Positions 19,501 to 30,311 of a stretch of DNA of 56,573 nt are shown piece by piece. Where the stretch lies: positions 1-56,573 of the forward strand of contig CBFHHK010000003.1 in the NCBI GenBank assembly GCA_965655435.1, written 5' to 3'. Below the pieces are notes generated by a model, which had not been told where the DNA came from, searched no databases, and worked only from the letters and a program-made list of their open reading frames with translations. Within the stretch, counting starts at the first letter, position 1. Each line of letters starts with the position of its first letter. The position numbers and the translations under genes are program-made. Source of the stretch: Planctomycetota bacterium (GTDB lineage: Bacteria > Planctomycetota > UBA1135 > GCA-002686595).

Positions 19501-19889
19501 ACCCCGTCCCCCAGAACCTCGAAGACCACCGACCCCGCGTTCCCCACGGAGTCATCCACACCGACCCAGCTGCTGAACGCGAAGGCCCTTTGCCGGAGAT
19601 CGAACGCGATGGCGCTGGTCGAGTGGCAGCCGATACCGCTCGCGTAGGTCTGCCCTCCGATCGTCAGCGCGGTCCCGTCCCCCGGCGCCGCAGCGCCGTT
19701 GCTCTCGTTGAGCTCTACGGGCCCGAGCCCGTTCTGCGCCCAGAGGGAGGGCACGGCAGAGAGCGCCTTGCCCGCTCGCACCGGCGCCCTCCCTGTCCGG
19801 GTCCCGATGCTGGTGAAACGGCTCCCGTTTTGAGCCGCGACCGGCCCAAGGGTGGCTGCGCTGAGGAGGAGGAGGGTCAGACTTTTCAT
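16527..19889 (-). CDS. Secreted NPCBM/NEW2 + galactose-oxidase-like kelch + DUF1929 + second kelch propeller + CBM-like protein
   Basis: Signal peptide MKSLTLLLL; NPCBM motifs (GPVE..SNG, GIGCHS, VGVDD, NWAGA); LLPD.TV.TGG, EIFRPPYLF, THGINTDQR, APPGAYMLF; kelch GG repeats. Confidence 0.88.
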   Translation of the reverse strand: MKSLTLLLLSAATLGPVAAQNGSRFTSIGTRTGRAPVRAGKALSAVPSLWAQNGLGPVELNESNGAAAPGDGTALTIGGQTYASGIGCHSTSAIAFDLRQRAFAFSSWVGVDDSVGNAGSVVFEVLGDGVVLYTSGLLTGSDGPVFTGRLNLRGVRELILVVRDGGDGSQNDLANWAGAFLSAPRFQPGDGSALRPTRGEWLPAEAWPVDPIQSVLLDSGELLTFSSALASGPGTLPPTDPHDTTVVDVFDPSTGVHSPADHPSEELYGAALSRLSSGDLLAFGGYAGRTPSAAPIGADQLSRFDSSTGTWIPLAASGEARHGAAGLTLGDGSFLALGGGDSGSVSTVPARFDGEAWTRLPGADLGAWLDTGIGPVDGLFPFAHLSPAGDVVVAGWDQNLGVFETEGRGTWTFQGQREAMERIWGSAASIGSDRILVLGGVDRLSSIPDAGRSAVVIDVTGPTPSVSSAGEMMFRRADHDATVLADGTVLVTGGARRHNPVSTSTAIRVAELWDPATGEWTFCAASSEPRGYRSTSILLPDATVWTGGGVSSPGVGSLSSEIFRPPYLFSNSTGQLAPRPEIVAAPEAVAYDAPFQVQLSGAAAVSRATLVRLGSATHGINTDQRCLELSFTQSGASLDLTSPLNGNVAPPGAYMLFVIDGQGVPSVARLIRLRRAAPVTWEVLPSTDGSVLTCRHESAMVTVNGRLYLIGGRGNRPTEAFDPTTGEWTPMGPPPFEINHFQPVVLGGIVYVVGAFTGSYPNETSVPHIWTWDPATDQWTQGPLIPAARRRGANGVFERDGKIYLLGGNNQGHNGGARAWFDEYDPATQTWQVLPDAPRARDHFSTVVIGNRLVAAGGRTTTQPNPFANTIGAVDVYDFSSGQWSTIARDLPTPRAGALATPVGRFAVVIGGESTTQLDAHDECEALDVIAGRWTTLPPLVDGRHSGGIGEVDGRIYVASGSGRRGGSPELDTLEVIDGDAAIALADPNGVENGAFDEGLSGWQSSGAVELVPVGGVAAPAVRLNASSLWAVTGVLGATSCELNALLRTSGSGASSLSVEALDASEAVLASTSVPVAATAEYACVQASLSIPAGAQSLRLTATAAGGQFLFVDDVVLVRN

Positions 19890-20066
19890 GGGTGGGAGCC
19901 GCCGGCGGGCACGCATCACGCCAGGGGCCGGGTCCCGATCAGAGACCCAGGGCCGGCAGGCGGCCGTTTGGGGCGCTGAGGGGGCCCAGAGGCCAACTCT
20001 GGACGCGCGTGGCGGCCTCGCGGTTCCCGAAAGATACCCCGCTCCCGCGGGCGGGGCTCCGTCCCG

Positions 20067-21422
20067 TCACTCCAGGCCGTTCGCCTCGGCGAAGGCGCGG
20101 ATGTCGGGCTCCCCCACGAGCCGCTTGTAGCGGAAGGGCTGCGAAGCCGGGTTCTTCATCTTGTAGCCCTTCAGCAGCGCCGGAGTGAACTCGGTGATCT
20201 CCAGGAGGCGCCGCGCGGCGTCGTCTCGGAGGGCCTGGGTCTGGCAGCCGACGATGATCCGGACCATGTCCTCGATGGCGTCCGAGGGGTTGTACTTCTT
20301 GGGGTACGTGATCCGGTCGTAGACCACGGCAGCGTCCGCGAGCTTCTCCTCGCAGAACTCCTTCTCCGCAGTGAGCAGCTCCTGTCGCAGCTGTTCGATC
20401 CCGGTCGCGTCCGGGCCGGCCGCCGACGCGGCGAAGCGATCGATGGCGCCGAAGCCGCTGCGGAAGTCCTTGGGCTCCGCCGCCGTCAGCCCCCAGACCT
20501 CCCAGCGGACGTCCTCGAGGGTGTCGGCGCTGTCCAACTCGGCGACAGGCCCGATCCGGTCCATCAGGCGCCGGACCCGGTCCACGTCCGGGTGCGTCGG
20601 GAACCCCTCGACGAACCACTTCGCACGCTTCATGAACACCCGGGCGTGGGGACGCTCGCCCTTGGGGTTCCACTTGCTCTCCGAGTAGTTGATCAGCCTC
20701 GCGTCCTTCCAGGGGTTGATCCCGGTGTTGCGGACGGAGTCGTCGAGCCCCTCCATCAACTCGTCCTTGACGGTCTCGGCCTGCTCGACCATCCGTCGTT
20801 GCTCCGGCGTCAACTGCTCGCCGGCGAGCTGCGTCAGGGTCGCTCGTGCGCCGACGGGGTCGTCCTGGCGCTCGCGCTGATAGCGGTTCCACTCGGCCGT
20901 GAAGTCGAAGTTCTCCCCAGCCAGCCCCTTGGAGGTCTGGTTGAGCAGCATGTAGCCCACGACCACCGCGACGAGGACCACCCCGGCGGCGACGGCGCCG
21001 GCCGGGATCGCCGGCCCCTTGGACTGCTGTCGGCGGCTCGAGGCCACGCGCCCGCCGCTCGATCCGCCCGTCCTTCGAGCCGACGACCCGCGGCTAGCGG
21101 CGCCGGCGGCCTTGGGCTTCGCGGGCCCCTCGCCCTCGTCGTACTGGATGGTCAGCTTGGCGCTCCCGATCGAGACCGCTTGCCCGTCCTTCATGAGGTA
21201 GGACCCAGAGACCTGAGCCCCCCCCGCCTTGGCGGGCATGACGCCCTTGGCCAGCTGGAGCGTGGCCCCCTCCGGCCCCATCTCGATGACGCCGTGGCGC
21301 TCCGCCACGTCGTCCGAGCTCAGCTTGAGGGTCGCCCCCTCGCCGCTCCCGAAGGTGAGCTTGCCGGAAGAGAGCTTGAACCTGCGGACCTCGCCGCCTT
21401 CATCGAGTGTGAGTCTCGCCAT
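20067..21422 (-). CDS. FHA-like domain, single-TM membrane protein
   Basis: N-terminal LTFGS....L....VAERH..I...L.DGQ.V.IGS fits an FHA fold; basic linker; TM GAVAAGVVLVAVVVGYMLL; helical C-terminal region. Confidence 0.7.
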   Translation of the reverse strand: MARLTLDEGGEVRRFKLSSGKLTFGSGEGATLKLSSDDVAERHGVIEMGPEGATLQLAKGVMPAKAGGAQVSGSYLMKDGQAVSIGSAKLTIQYDEGEGPAKPKAAGAASRGSSARRTGGSSGGRVASSRRQQSKGPAIPAGAVAAGVVLVAVVVGYMLLNQTSKGLAGENFDFTAEWNRYQRERQDDPVGARATLTQLAGEQLTPEQRRMVEQAETVKDELMEGLDDSVRNTGINPWKDARLINYSESKWNPKGERPHARVFMKRAKWFVEGFPTHPDVDRVRRLMDRIGPVAELDSADTLEDVRWEVWGLTAAEPKDFRSGFGAIDRFAASAAGPDATGIEQLRQELLTAEKEFCEEKLADAAVVYDRITYPKKYNPSDAIEDMVRIIVGCQTQALRDDAARRLLEITEFTPALLKGYKMKNPASQPFRYKRLVGEPDIRAFAEANGLE

Positions 21423-21519
21423 GGCCCCATTGAAGCCGGGACGTGAACTCCGTGTCGAGGAGCAATCGGGCCTACCTGGGATCAAGCGCCACACCCTCCC
21501 CTCGGCGCGGCCCCCTGGT

Positions 21520-22514
21520 TCAGGCCGTGAAGACCCGGGGCGACAGGTCCTCGGGTCCGATCACGCCGCCCGCGAGCGCCACCGCGCGGCGCAGCTCGTT
21601 CTCCAGCTCCCGGACGTTCCCTGGCCAGGACCAGGCGGCCAGGGCTGCCAGGGCTTCCTCGGAGATCGAGGCCTCCCGGCCGACCTCCTCGGCGATCCCC
21701 GGGAGGATGGCGCGTGCGATGGCCCGCACGTCATCACCTCGCTCCCGCAGGGGTGGGAGGTGGAGCGTGACGACATTCAATCGAAACATCAGGTCCTCCC
21801 GGAAGTCCCCGCTGGCCACGGCCGCCGGTAAGTCCCGGTGGGTCGCAGCGAGGATCCGAACGTCCACCTTCCGCGTCGTGTTGGCGCCGACGGCACGGAC
21901 CTCGCCGTCCTGGAGGACACGTAGCAGCTTGGCTTGCATGGACAGCGGCATGTCCCCGATCTCGTCCAGGAAGACCGTCCCCCCATCCGCCACCACGAAG
22001 TGCCCCGGGCGGTCGGCCACCGCGCCGGTGAAGGCTCCCTTCTTGTGGCCGAAGAGCTCGCTCTCCAGGAGGTTCTCCGAGATGGCCGCGCAGTTCTCCG
22101 CGAGGAAGGGCCCCGCCTTGCGCGCGCTCGCGTCATGGAGGGCCCGCGCGACCAGCTCCTTCCCCGTCCCCGTCTCGCCCTGGATGAGGACCGGCACGCC
22201 TGAGGCCGCGACCCGGTCGATCATCGCGAAGAGCTCCAACATGGGCGGGCTCGACCCCACCATGCCGAAGCGGCCGGTCGGCTCCTCTCCCCCTGATGAC
22301 ACGGCGGCTGAGGACCCGGCGGCTGAGCTCGCGGCCGCGGAGCCCTCTGCTGCGGAACCCTCTGCTGCGGAGCCCTCTGCGGCCTCCAGCGCACGCCGCG
22401 CATAGACGCCAAGGGCGCTCACGACGCCGAGCTCCTCCGCCCGAGCCAGGGCACGGTCGAAGGCCCCCTGCACCTCCTCGGGCAACCCCTCGGGGCCCCC
22501 CGCGCCCTGAGCGC

Positions 22515-22518
<4 letters not shown>
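21520..22518 (-). CDS. Sigma-54 enhancer-binding protein AAA+ domain, without receiver or HTH
   Basis: GETGTGKE, ESELFGH, GAFTGA, FLDEIG, FREDL.FRLNV, WPGNVREL. Ends 4 residues after EDLSPR. Confidence 0.92.
22337..22380 (-). repeat. 15-bp tandem repeat x3 encoding (AEGSA)n in the sigma-54 activator linker
   Basis: GCGGARCCCTCTGCT units on the + strand, read directly. Confidence 0.85.
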
Positions 22519-24731
<2,213 letters not shown>

Positions 24732-24780
24732 CGCGGCGGCGAGTCTACCCCGCGCGCGACCCCTGGCCACGCGCCGCCCG

Positions 24781-26205
24781 TCAGCTTCGGCTCGGATCGC
24801 GGATGACCATGAGTCGCAGCTCGGTCATCTCCTCCACGGCGCTCGCCGGCCCCTCGCGCCCAAGGCCGGAGTCCTTGACCCCGCCATAGGGCATGACGTC
24901 CGCCCTCCATGAGGGAATGTCTCCGATGATCACGGCGCCCACCTCGAGCTCATCCCAGGCCCGATGCGCCCGTAGGAGATCCCGAGTGAACACCCCCGCC
25001 TGGAGGCCAAAACGGGTCCTGTTCGCCTCGACCAGCGCCGCGTCGAAGTCCCGCACCCGGACGAGGCAGACCACCGGTCCGAAGACCTCCTCATCAAGCA
25101 CCGGCTCTCCGGCCGGGACGCCCTCGAGGAGGGTCGCAGGCATCACCGACCCCTCCCTGGGGCCGCCACAGAGCTGCGTCGCGCCGGACCGGAGCGCGCC
25201 CTCGACCCACTCCTCCACCCGCACCGCGTCGCCCTCGGAGATCAGGGGGCCCACGGTCACCGCCGCGAGGGACGGGTCCCCGTGGACGACCCCCGAGACC
25301 GCCCCGGCGAGGAGCTCCCGGAAGGCCTCGTAGACCTCCTCCACGACGATGACCCGCTGCACGCTGATGCAGCTCTGCCCCGCCTGGTAGTAGCCGCCGA
25401 ACGCGACTCGCCGCGCCGCGTCCGCCAGGTCGGCGGTCTCGTCCACGATGGCCGCCGCGTTCCCCCCGAGCTCCAGCGTGACTCGCTTCTTCCCCGCCCT
25501 CCGTCGCAGCATCCAGCCCACCTCGTCGGAGCCCGTGAAGGACAGCTTGGCGACCCGGCCATCGGTGGCGATGGCCTCCGCGTCCGCACCCCTCGCCGGC
25601 AGGACAGAGAAGGCCCCCGAAGGCAGCCCGCTCTCCGCGAGGATCTCGCCGAGAATCAGCGCGCTGAGCGGCGTGCTGCTCGCCGGCTTGAGGACGAAGG
25701 GGCAGCCGGCTGCGATGGCCGGCGCCACCTTGTGAGCCACCAGGTTCAGGGGGAAGTTGAAGGGGGTGATGAACCCACACACCCCCACCGGGACCCGCAT
25801 GTAGCTCCCGCGGTACCCGGAGTTCGCCGGGCTGGAGGAGAGCGGAAGGAGCCCACCGCTCGCCTCCATCGCGACCCGCGCCGAGATACGGATGGTCTCC
25901 AGCGCTCGATCGACCTCACCGGCCGCGAAGCGAAGCGGCTTCCCCGCCTCGCGTACCAGCACGTCCGTGAGCTCATCGCGTCGCGCCAGCACCCCCGCGC
26001 CCAGGCGTTCGAGCACCGCGGCGCGCTCGTGGCCCTCCAAACGGCCCATGGCGTCGCGGCAGTCGCTGGCCGCCGCGATGCCTTCCCGAATCCGCTCCGG
26101 GCACGCAAGGGCCACCTCCTCGATCGTCTCGCCCGTGAACTTGTCCTTCACCGCGAGGCCTTCGGACGAGGTGACGGGCTGGCTCGCGAGGTAGTGAGGT
26201 CTCAT
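24781..26205 (-). CDS. Aldehyde dehydrogenase family protein
   Basis: ITPFNFP, FTGS, LELGGN, catalytic GQSC, EEVFGP, PYGGVKDSGLGREG. Confidence 0.93.
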   Translation of the reverse strand: MRPHYLASQPVTSSEGLAVKDKFTGETIEEVALACPERIREGIAAASDCRDAMGRLEGHERAAVLERLGAGVLARRDELTDVLVREAGKPLRFAAGEVDRALETIRISARVAMEASGGLLPLSSSPANSGYRGSYMRVPVGVCGFITPFNFPLNLVAHKVAPAIAAGCPFVLKPASSTPLSALILGEILAESGLPSGAFSVLPARGADAEAIATDGRVAKLSFTGSDEVGWMLRRRAGKKRVTLELGGNAAAIVDETADLADAARRVAFGGYYQAGQSCISVQRVIVVEEVYEAFRELLAGAVSGVVHGDPSLAAVTVGPLISEGDAVRVEEWVEGALRSGATQLCGGPREGSVMPATLLEGVPAGEPVLDEEVFGPVVCLVRVRDFDAALVEANRTRFGLQAGVFTRDLLRAHRAWDELEVGAVIIGDIPSWRADVMPYGGVKDSGLGREGPASAVEEMTELRLMVIRDPSRS

Positions 26206-26291
26206 GGGGAGCGTGTGTCCGGGGACTGGACGGAATCAGATGATAGGACCACGGGCCACCGGGTCCCCGTTCCTGGATCACTGCCGCTCAT

Positions 26292-26370
26292 CCTCTACCA
26301 ACGGACCAACGGCTCTACCAACAGACCGACGCCTCTACCGCCGACCGACGCCTCTACCGACAGACCGACG
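26292..26370. repeat. Degenerate 19-20-bp tandem repeat x4 (consensus CCTCTACCRACAGACCGACG)
   Basis: Read directly; no spacers. Confidence 0.85.
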
Positions 26371-26508
26371 GTCTCCCCCGGGCAGACCGTCCGGTAACCC
26401 CTAGCGCTATCCCCTGACTGACCCGCGGGGGCGATCCCCCGCCGGCCCCATCCCCTCTGCCGCCGGTGGCGCATGGAGTGCTGAAGGCACTCCGTCCGAG
26501 ACCACGGA

Positions 26509-26548
26509 GAAAAAGAACTCCTCGACCGGCGAAAGCCAATCGAGGAGT
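26509..26548 (-). terminator. Intrinsic terminator on the minus strand
   Basis: Minus strand ACUCCUCGAUUGGC-UUUC-GCCGGUCGAGGAGU (14 bp with two G.U pairs) followed by UCUUUUUC. Confidence 0.75.
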
Positions 26549-26676
26549 GAGGCCCGGCGTCATGGAGACGGATCGCCTGCCAAGAAAGACCCGAGGCGCC
26601 GTGCCTATTTTCGGGAGGGAGTGCCGGCGCCGAAGCGCCATCTGCGGGGACTATCGGTAAATAGCCACCTGGCATC
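26509..26676 (-). ncRNA. Candidate structured small RNA or leader of unknown family
   Basis: TAGTAT -10 box (26689-26684); stems with a C(UUCG)G loop and G.U pairs that work only on the minus strand; ends in the terminator above. Confidence 0.4.
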
Positions 26677-26936
26677 AAGCTCAATACTAGTAATTCTCCC
26701 CCCACCCTTAGGTCGCCTCCCATGCCCCCCCCTCCGTCCGGCGACTCGCGGGGCCTGTGGGCCGCCGAGGTGGCCCAGGCGCAGAGGTGGCCCAGGCACA
26801 GAGGAGGCGCAGAGGAGCGCAGAGGGGCGACGGAGCCGCCCCGGGGACCCCTGGGGGTTTCCCGGGTGACGATGCGCAAGGTCCCCGTGAGGCCATTGCC
26901 GCTATCGAGGGGGCGAGATCCTAGGCTGGGGCGGCG

Positions 26937-27875
26937 ATGACCCCGACACGGCTGCTCCCCAGGACCCCCCTCCAGAGAGCCCGAGTCGTATCCGAGTACG
27001 GGGCAGGCGCGCTCGTGGAGCTCGAGAGGCGCTGCTCGTTTCACTGCCCCCAGGAGGTCGCGGAGCCGATCGTGCTCGCCGGGCTCGAAGGGACCTTGAA
27101 GCGCCGACAGGTCCCCCTCGGCCGCTCCCTGCGGCTCGGCCTGAGGCGCTGGCTCCTTGGTACTCCGGCCCCCTGCGAGGCCGAGTCTGCCCACCTCACC
27201 TGGATGAGGAAGCGGCTCTTCCGCGCGGCTGAGCCGCTGGGGTCCGTCACCATCCACCGGCTCGGCTTCCCGTGCAGAGAGCTCCTGGTCACCCGGAGGG
27301 TCGAGGGGGCCCAGCCCTTCCACGCCGCCGTCGTCGCCGCCCCTCCCCCTCGCCGAGCTCGCCTCTTCGCAGAGCTCGGACGAGAGGTCGGACGCATGCA
27401 CGCCCTGCGCTTCCTGCACGCCGAGCTCTACCCCAGGAACGTCCTCGTCACCGAGCCCTGTGACCAACCGGGGCCGGGGTTTGGCCGCTCCCTGATCTGG
27501 AGGGGCACAGGAGAGGGGGGGCCGACCGCCTGGCGCCGGGGCAACCTCGGGCGGGTCGAGGATGACCTCGGCGCCTGGTTCAGCCGCGCCGCCGACTGGA
27601 TGCGAACGGAGGACGCGGACGCCCTGCTGCTCGCCTACGCCGCGTCGCGCCTCGATAATGGCCGACCGGTGGAGAGCCTCCCCGGCCTGGTGCGCTCGAT
27701 CCAGCGCTCCCGTCGACGCGAGTTGGCCCGACTCGAGCGGTCTCCAGGAGGCCTCGGCCAGGCCGCCTTCCCCGTCGCCGGGTGGGATCCCGATGTGGGC
27801 CGGCTCCTCGGGCTCTGGAGCCGCGGAGGGGACCCGGCGCGCTCCACCGTTGTTTCTCCGCCTCCGGTGGTCTAA
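26937..27875 (+). CDS. Lipopolysaccharide kinase (Kdo/WaaP/InaA)-like protein, degenerate catalytic loop
   Basis: LLVTR.VEG, LG..VGRMH...FLHAELYPRNVLV, DL, Y. Catalytic Asp appears replaced by Glu. Confidence 0.65.
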   Translation: MTPTRLLPRTPLQRARVVSEYGAGALVELERRCSFHCPQEVAEPIVLAGLEGTLKRRQVPLGRSLRLGLRRWLLGTPAPCEAESAHLTWMRKRLFRAAEPLGSVTIHRLGFPCRELLVTRRVEGAQPFHAAVVAAPPPRRARLFAELGREVGRMHALRFLHAELYPRNVLVTEPCDQPGPGFGRSLIWRGTGEGGPTAWRRGNLGRVEDDLGAWFSRAADWMRTEDADALLLAYAASRLDNGRPVESLPGLVRSIQRSRRRELARLERSPGGLGQAAFPVAGWDPDVGRLLGLWSRGGDPARSTVVSPPPVV

Positions 27876-27895
27876 AAGACGGGCCGGAGACCACG

Positions 27896-28141
27896 ATGCC
27901 TATTTACGACTTCGACTGCGCCAGCTGCGGACACACCTTCGAGGAGTTGATCCTCGGATCCGAGGCGCCCGAGTGCCCCAAGTGCTCGAGCGCTGACGTC
28001 GAGAAGAAGGTGTCATCGTTCAGCATCGGGACCCCCGCGTACCTGCGAGGCACCGTCCCCATGCCCGAGAGCCCGGCCAGCGGCTTCGCCGCGGGATCCT
28101 GCGACGATGCCGGCGGCCCCGGGACCTGCTCCTCCAACTAG
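27896..28141 (+). CDS. FmdB family zinc-ribbon regulatory protein
   Basis: MPIYDFDCASCGHTFE...CPKC...KKVSSF; GGAG upstream of the ATG. Confidence 0.88.
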   Translation: MPIYDFDCASCGHTFEELILGSEAPECPKCSSADVEKKVSSFSIGTPAYLRGTVPMPESPASGFAAGSCDDAGGPGTCSSN

Positions 28142-29369
28142 GCGGCTCGCGCCCCTGGTGATCGCTGCGCTCGTCCCCTGCGCAGCGTGCGACAGGGGCG
28201 AGCCCGCCGAGGTGGACTCCGGGTTCAACGCGGAGGTCCGCTCCGCGAAGACCGCCGCCGAGACCGCTCCGCGACCCCGAGGCCACCACGAGCAGCCCGA
28301 AGACCTCTCGGAGCTCGCGGCGCTCGGATACTCCGGCTGGGATGAACAGGCCGCGACCCCCTCTGCCCCCACCCGAGCGGACGTGGCCTCTCCGTGGCCG
28401 CGAACCTTCGCCGATGACCGGGACCGCGTGATCGTGATCTCGGCGGACGGCGAGATCATCCGGGAGCACCGGGTCCCGGGCCGGCGCCAGGTCGAGTTCG
28501 CGCGGGTCCTGCCCGGCGGCCGCATCGCGTGCGTCTCGGTGGACGAGGGCCTCACGCTGCTCGCGCCCAACGGCGACGTCCTGTGGGACGTCGATCTCCC
28601 CTGTCACCATGAGGTCGCGCTGGTGCCCGAGGACCGGGACGAGGGGGACCGACGGCTCGCGGTCGCCGTTCATCACGAGGTCTCCCACCGCGGACGCATC
28701 GTGCGCTTCGACGAGGTGGTCTTCCTCGAGGAGGCCTCCGGCGCTCCGGCGAAGGACCTCGAGACCTGGAGCACCTGGGACCACATGGACCCGCTCAAGG
28801 AGCGGACGGCGGCCGAGCACCCGCTGGACAGGGGGGCCTCGAACCCGGGCGCTGACCCGACGGTCTACGACTACTTCCACCTCAACTCGATCGCCTTCAG
28901 CGGACCGCGCTCCATGCTCGTCTGCCTCCGGAACGTGGACCTGGTGGTGGAGGTCGACCTCGCGAGCGGCGGCCTCGGGCGATCCTTCGGCCCCGGCACC
29001 CTGGACTGGCCCCACGCCCCGACCCCCGTGGACGGTGGCGAGCGGTGGCTGATCTTTGACAACGGCAAGCACCGGGGCTGGTCTCGGGTCATCGAGGTGG
29101 ACCCCGACCGCGGCGAGGTCACGTGGTCCTACCCCCCCGACGGGGCCCGCAGCCTCTTCAGCGAGGTTCGAGGGTTCGCCCAGCGGCTCCCCGGCGGGAC
29201 CACCCTGATCACGGAGTCGGAGCGAGGCCGCGTCCTGGAGGTGAACCGGGCCGGGGACCTCCTCTGGGAGTTCTGGAACCCCGAGGTGCGCCGCACGGCG
29301 GACGGCCGCGAGGCCCGACGGCGGATCTACCGCATGACGGCTGTCCCTGCCTCGGATGTGGGCCTCTGA
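28107..29369 (+). CDS. Arylsulfotransferase (ASST)-family beta-propeller protein (start uncertain, possibly GTG at about 28158)
   Basis: HHE, DYFHLNSI, WPHAP, IFDNG..R.WSRVIE, GFAQRLPGG.TLITES. Confidence 0.75.
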   Translation: MPAAPGPAPPTRRLAPLVIAALVPCAACDRGEPAEVDSGFNAEVRSAKTAAETAPRPRGHHEQPEDLSELAALGYSGWDEQAATPSAPTRADVASPWPRTFADDRDRVIVISADGEIIREHRVPGRRQVEFARVLPGGRIACVSVDEGLTLLAPNGDVLWDVDLPCHHEVALVPEDRDEGDRRLAVAVHHEVSHRGRIVRFDEVVFLEEASGAPAKDLETWSTWDHMDPLKERTAAEHPLDRGASNPGADPTVYDYFHLNSIAFSGPRSMLVCLRNVDLVVEVDLASGGLGRSFGPGTLDWPHAPTPVDGGERWLIFDNGKHRGWSRVIEVDPDRGEVTWSYPPDGARSLFSEVRGFAQRLPGGTTLITESERGRVLEVNRAGDLLWEFWNPEVRRTADGREARRRIYRMTAVPASDVGL

Positions 29370-29419
29370 CATCGGCCCCCGACGTGGGCCTCTGGGGGCA
29401 AGTTGTTAGCCTCCGCGCC

Positions 29420-30118
29420 ATGGACCAGTCCAAGCGCGACTTCATCGACTTCATGTGCTCTGCCGACGTGTTGACCTTCGGGGACTTCGTCACGAAGAGC
29501 GGGCGGAGCACGCCGTACTTCGTCAACACCGGCCGCTACACCACTGGCGCCCAGATGGACGTCCTCGGCGCTGCCTACGCGGGATCCATCGTCGAGCGCT
29601 TCGGCGACGGCTTCGACGTGCTCTTCGGCCCGGCCTACAAGGGCATCCCCCTCGTCGTCGCCACGGCGTCCGCGCTGGCCCGGGAGCATGGACGTGATGT
29701 CCCCCTCTGCTTCAACCGCAAGGAGGCCAAGGACCACGGAGAGGGAGGCGTCCTCGTGGGGCACCCCCTGCGTGACGGGGACCGGGTGCTGATCGTCGAG
29801 GACGTGACCACGGCGGGGACGTCGATCCGCGAGACCGTCCCCATCCTGCGTGCCGCCGCGGACATCGAGGTCGCGGGGCTGATCGTCAGCGTCGACCGGA
29901 TGGAGCGCGGCCCCGCGGGAGCAGGCTCCGCCCTCGCGGAGGTCGGACGGGAGTTCGGCATGCAGGTCGAGGCCATCGTCGACCTCGACGACGTCGTCGA
30001 GCACCTGCAGCCAGGCGGCGGCGCTGCCCACGAGATCGGCACGGACGACCTCGCCCGCATCGCAGCCTACAGGGCGGAGTACGGCGTCCCGGGCCGCCTC
30101 ACCGCCGGGCCGGGCTGA
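29420..30118 (+). CDS. pyrE: Orotate phosphoribosyltransferase
   Basis: FGDFVTKSGRSTPYFVN, FGPAYKGIP, FNRKEAKDHGEGG, PRPP motif VEDVTTAGTS. Confidence 0.96.
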   Translation: MDQSKRDFIDFMCSADVLTFGDFVTKSGRSTPYFVNTGRYTTGAQMDVLGAAYAGSIVERFGDGFDVLFGPAYKGIPLVVATASALAREHGRDVPLCFNRKEAKDHGEGGVLVGHPLRDGDRVLIVEDVTTAGTSIRETVPILRAAADIEVAGLIVSVDRMERGPAGAGSALAEVGREFGMQVEAIVDLDDVVEHLQPGGGAAHEIGTDDLARIAAYRAEYGVPGRLTAGPG

Positions 30119-30311
30119 CCCGCGAGGGCCCAGCGGATCGTCAGGCCCCGCGAATCCTCACACCCATTGGACCCTCAGGACTGGCTGAGCCTGAGGACCG
30201 GCTGGTCCTCAGGGCCGGGCGGGCCTGCAGGGCGGCGCCCCAACCGGGGAAGGGCCGCCGCGCCAGGGAGACGGTGGCGTCTGAAGCCGCCGCCCCGCCG
30301 GTGAGCCGTGC

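Noticed and set aside
26669-26686. CTGGCATCAAGCTCAAT as a sigma-54 promoter
   Set aside because: Has TGGCA but lacks the -12 TTGC at the required spacing.
26295-27467. 390-aa minus-strand ORF across the ALDH/kinase spacer
   Set aside because: Antisense to the kinase-like gene, crosses an intrinsic terminator and tandem repeats, and has no recognisable motifs.
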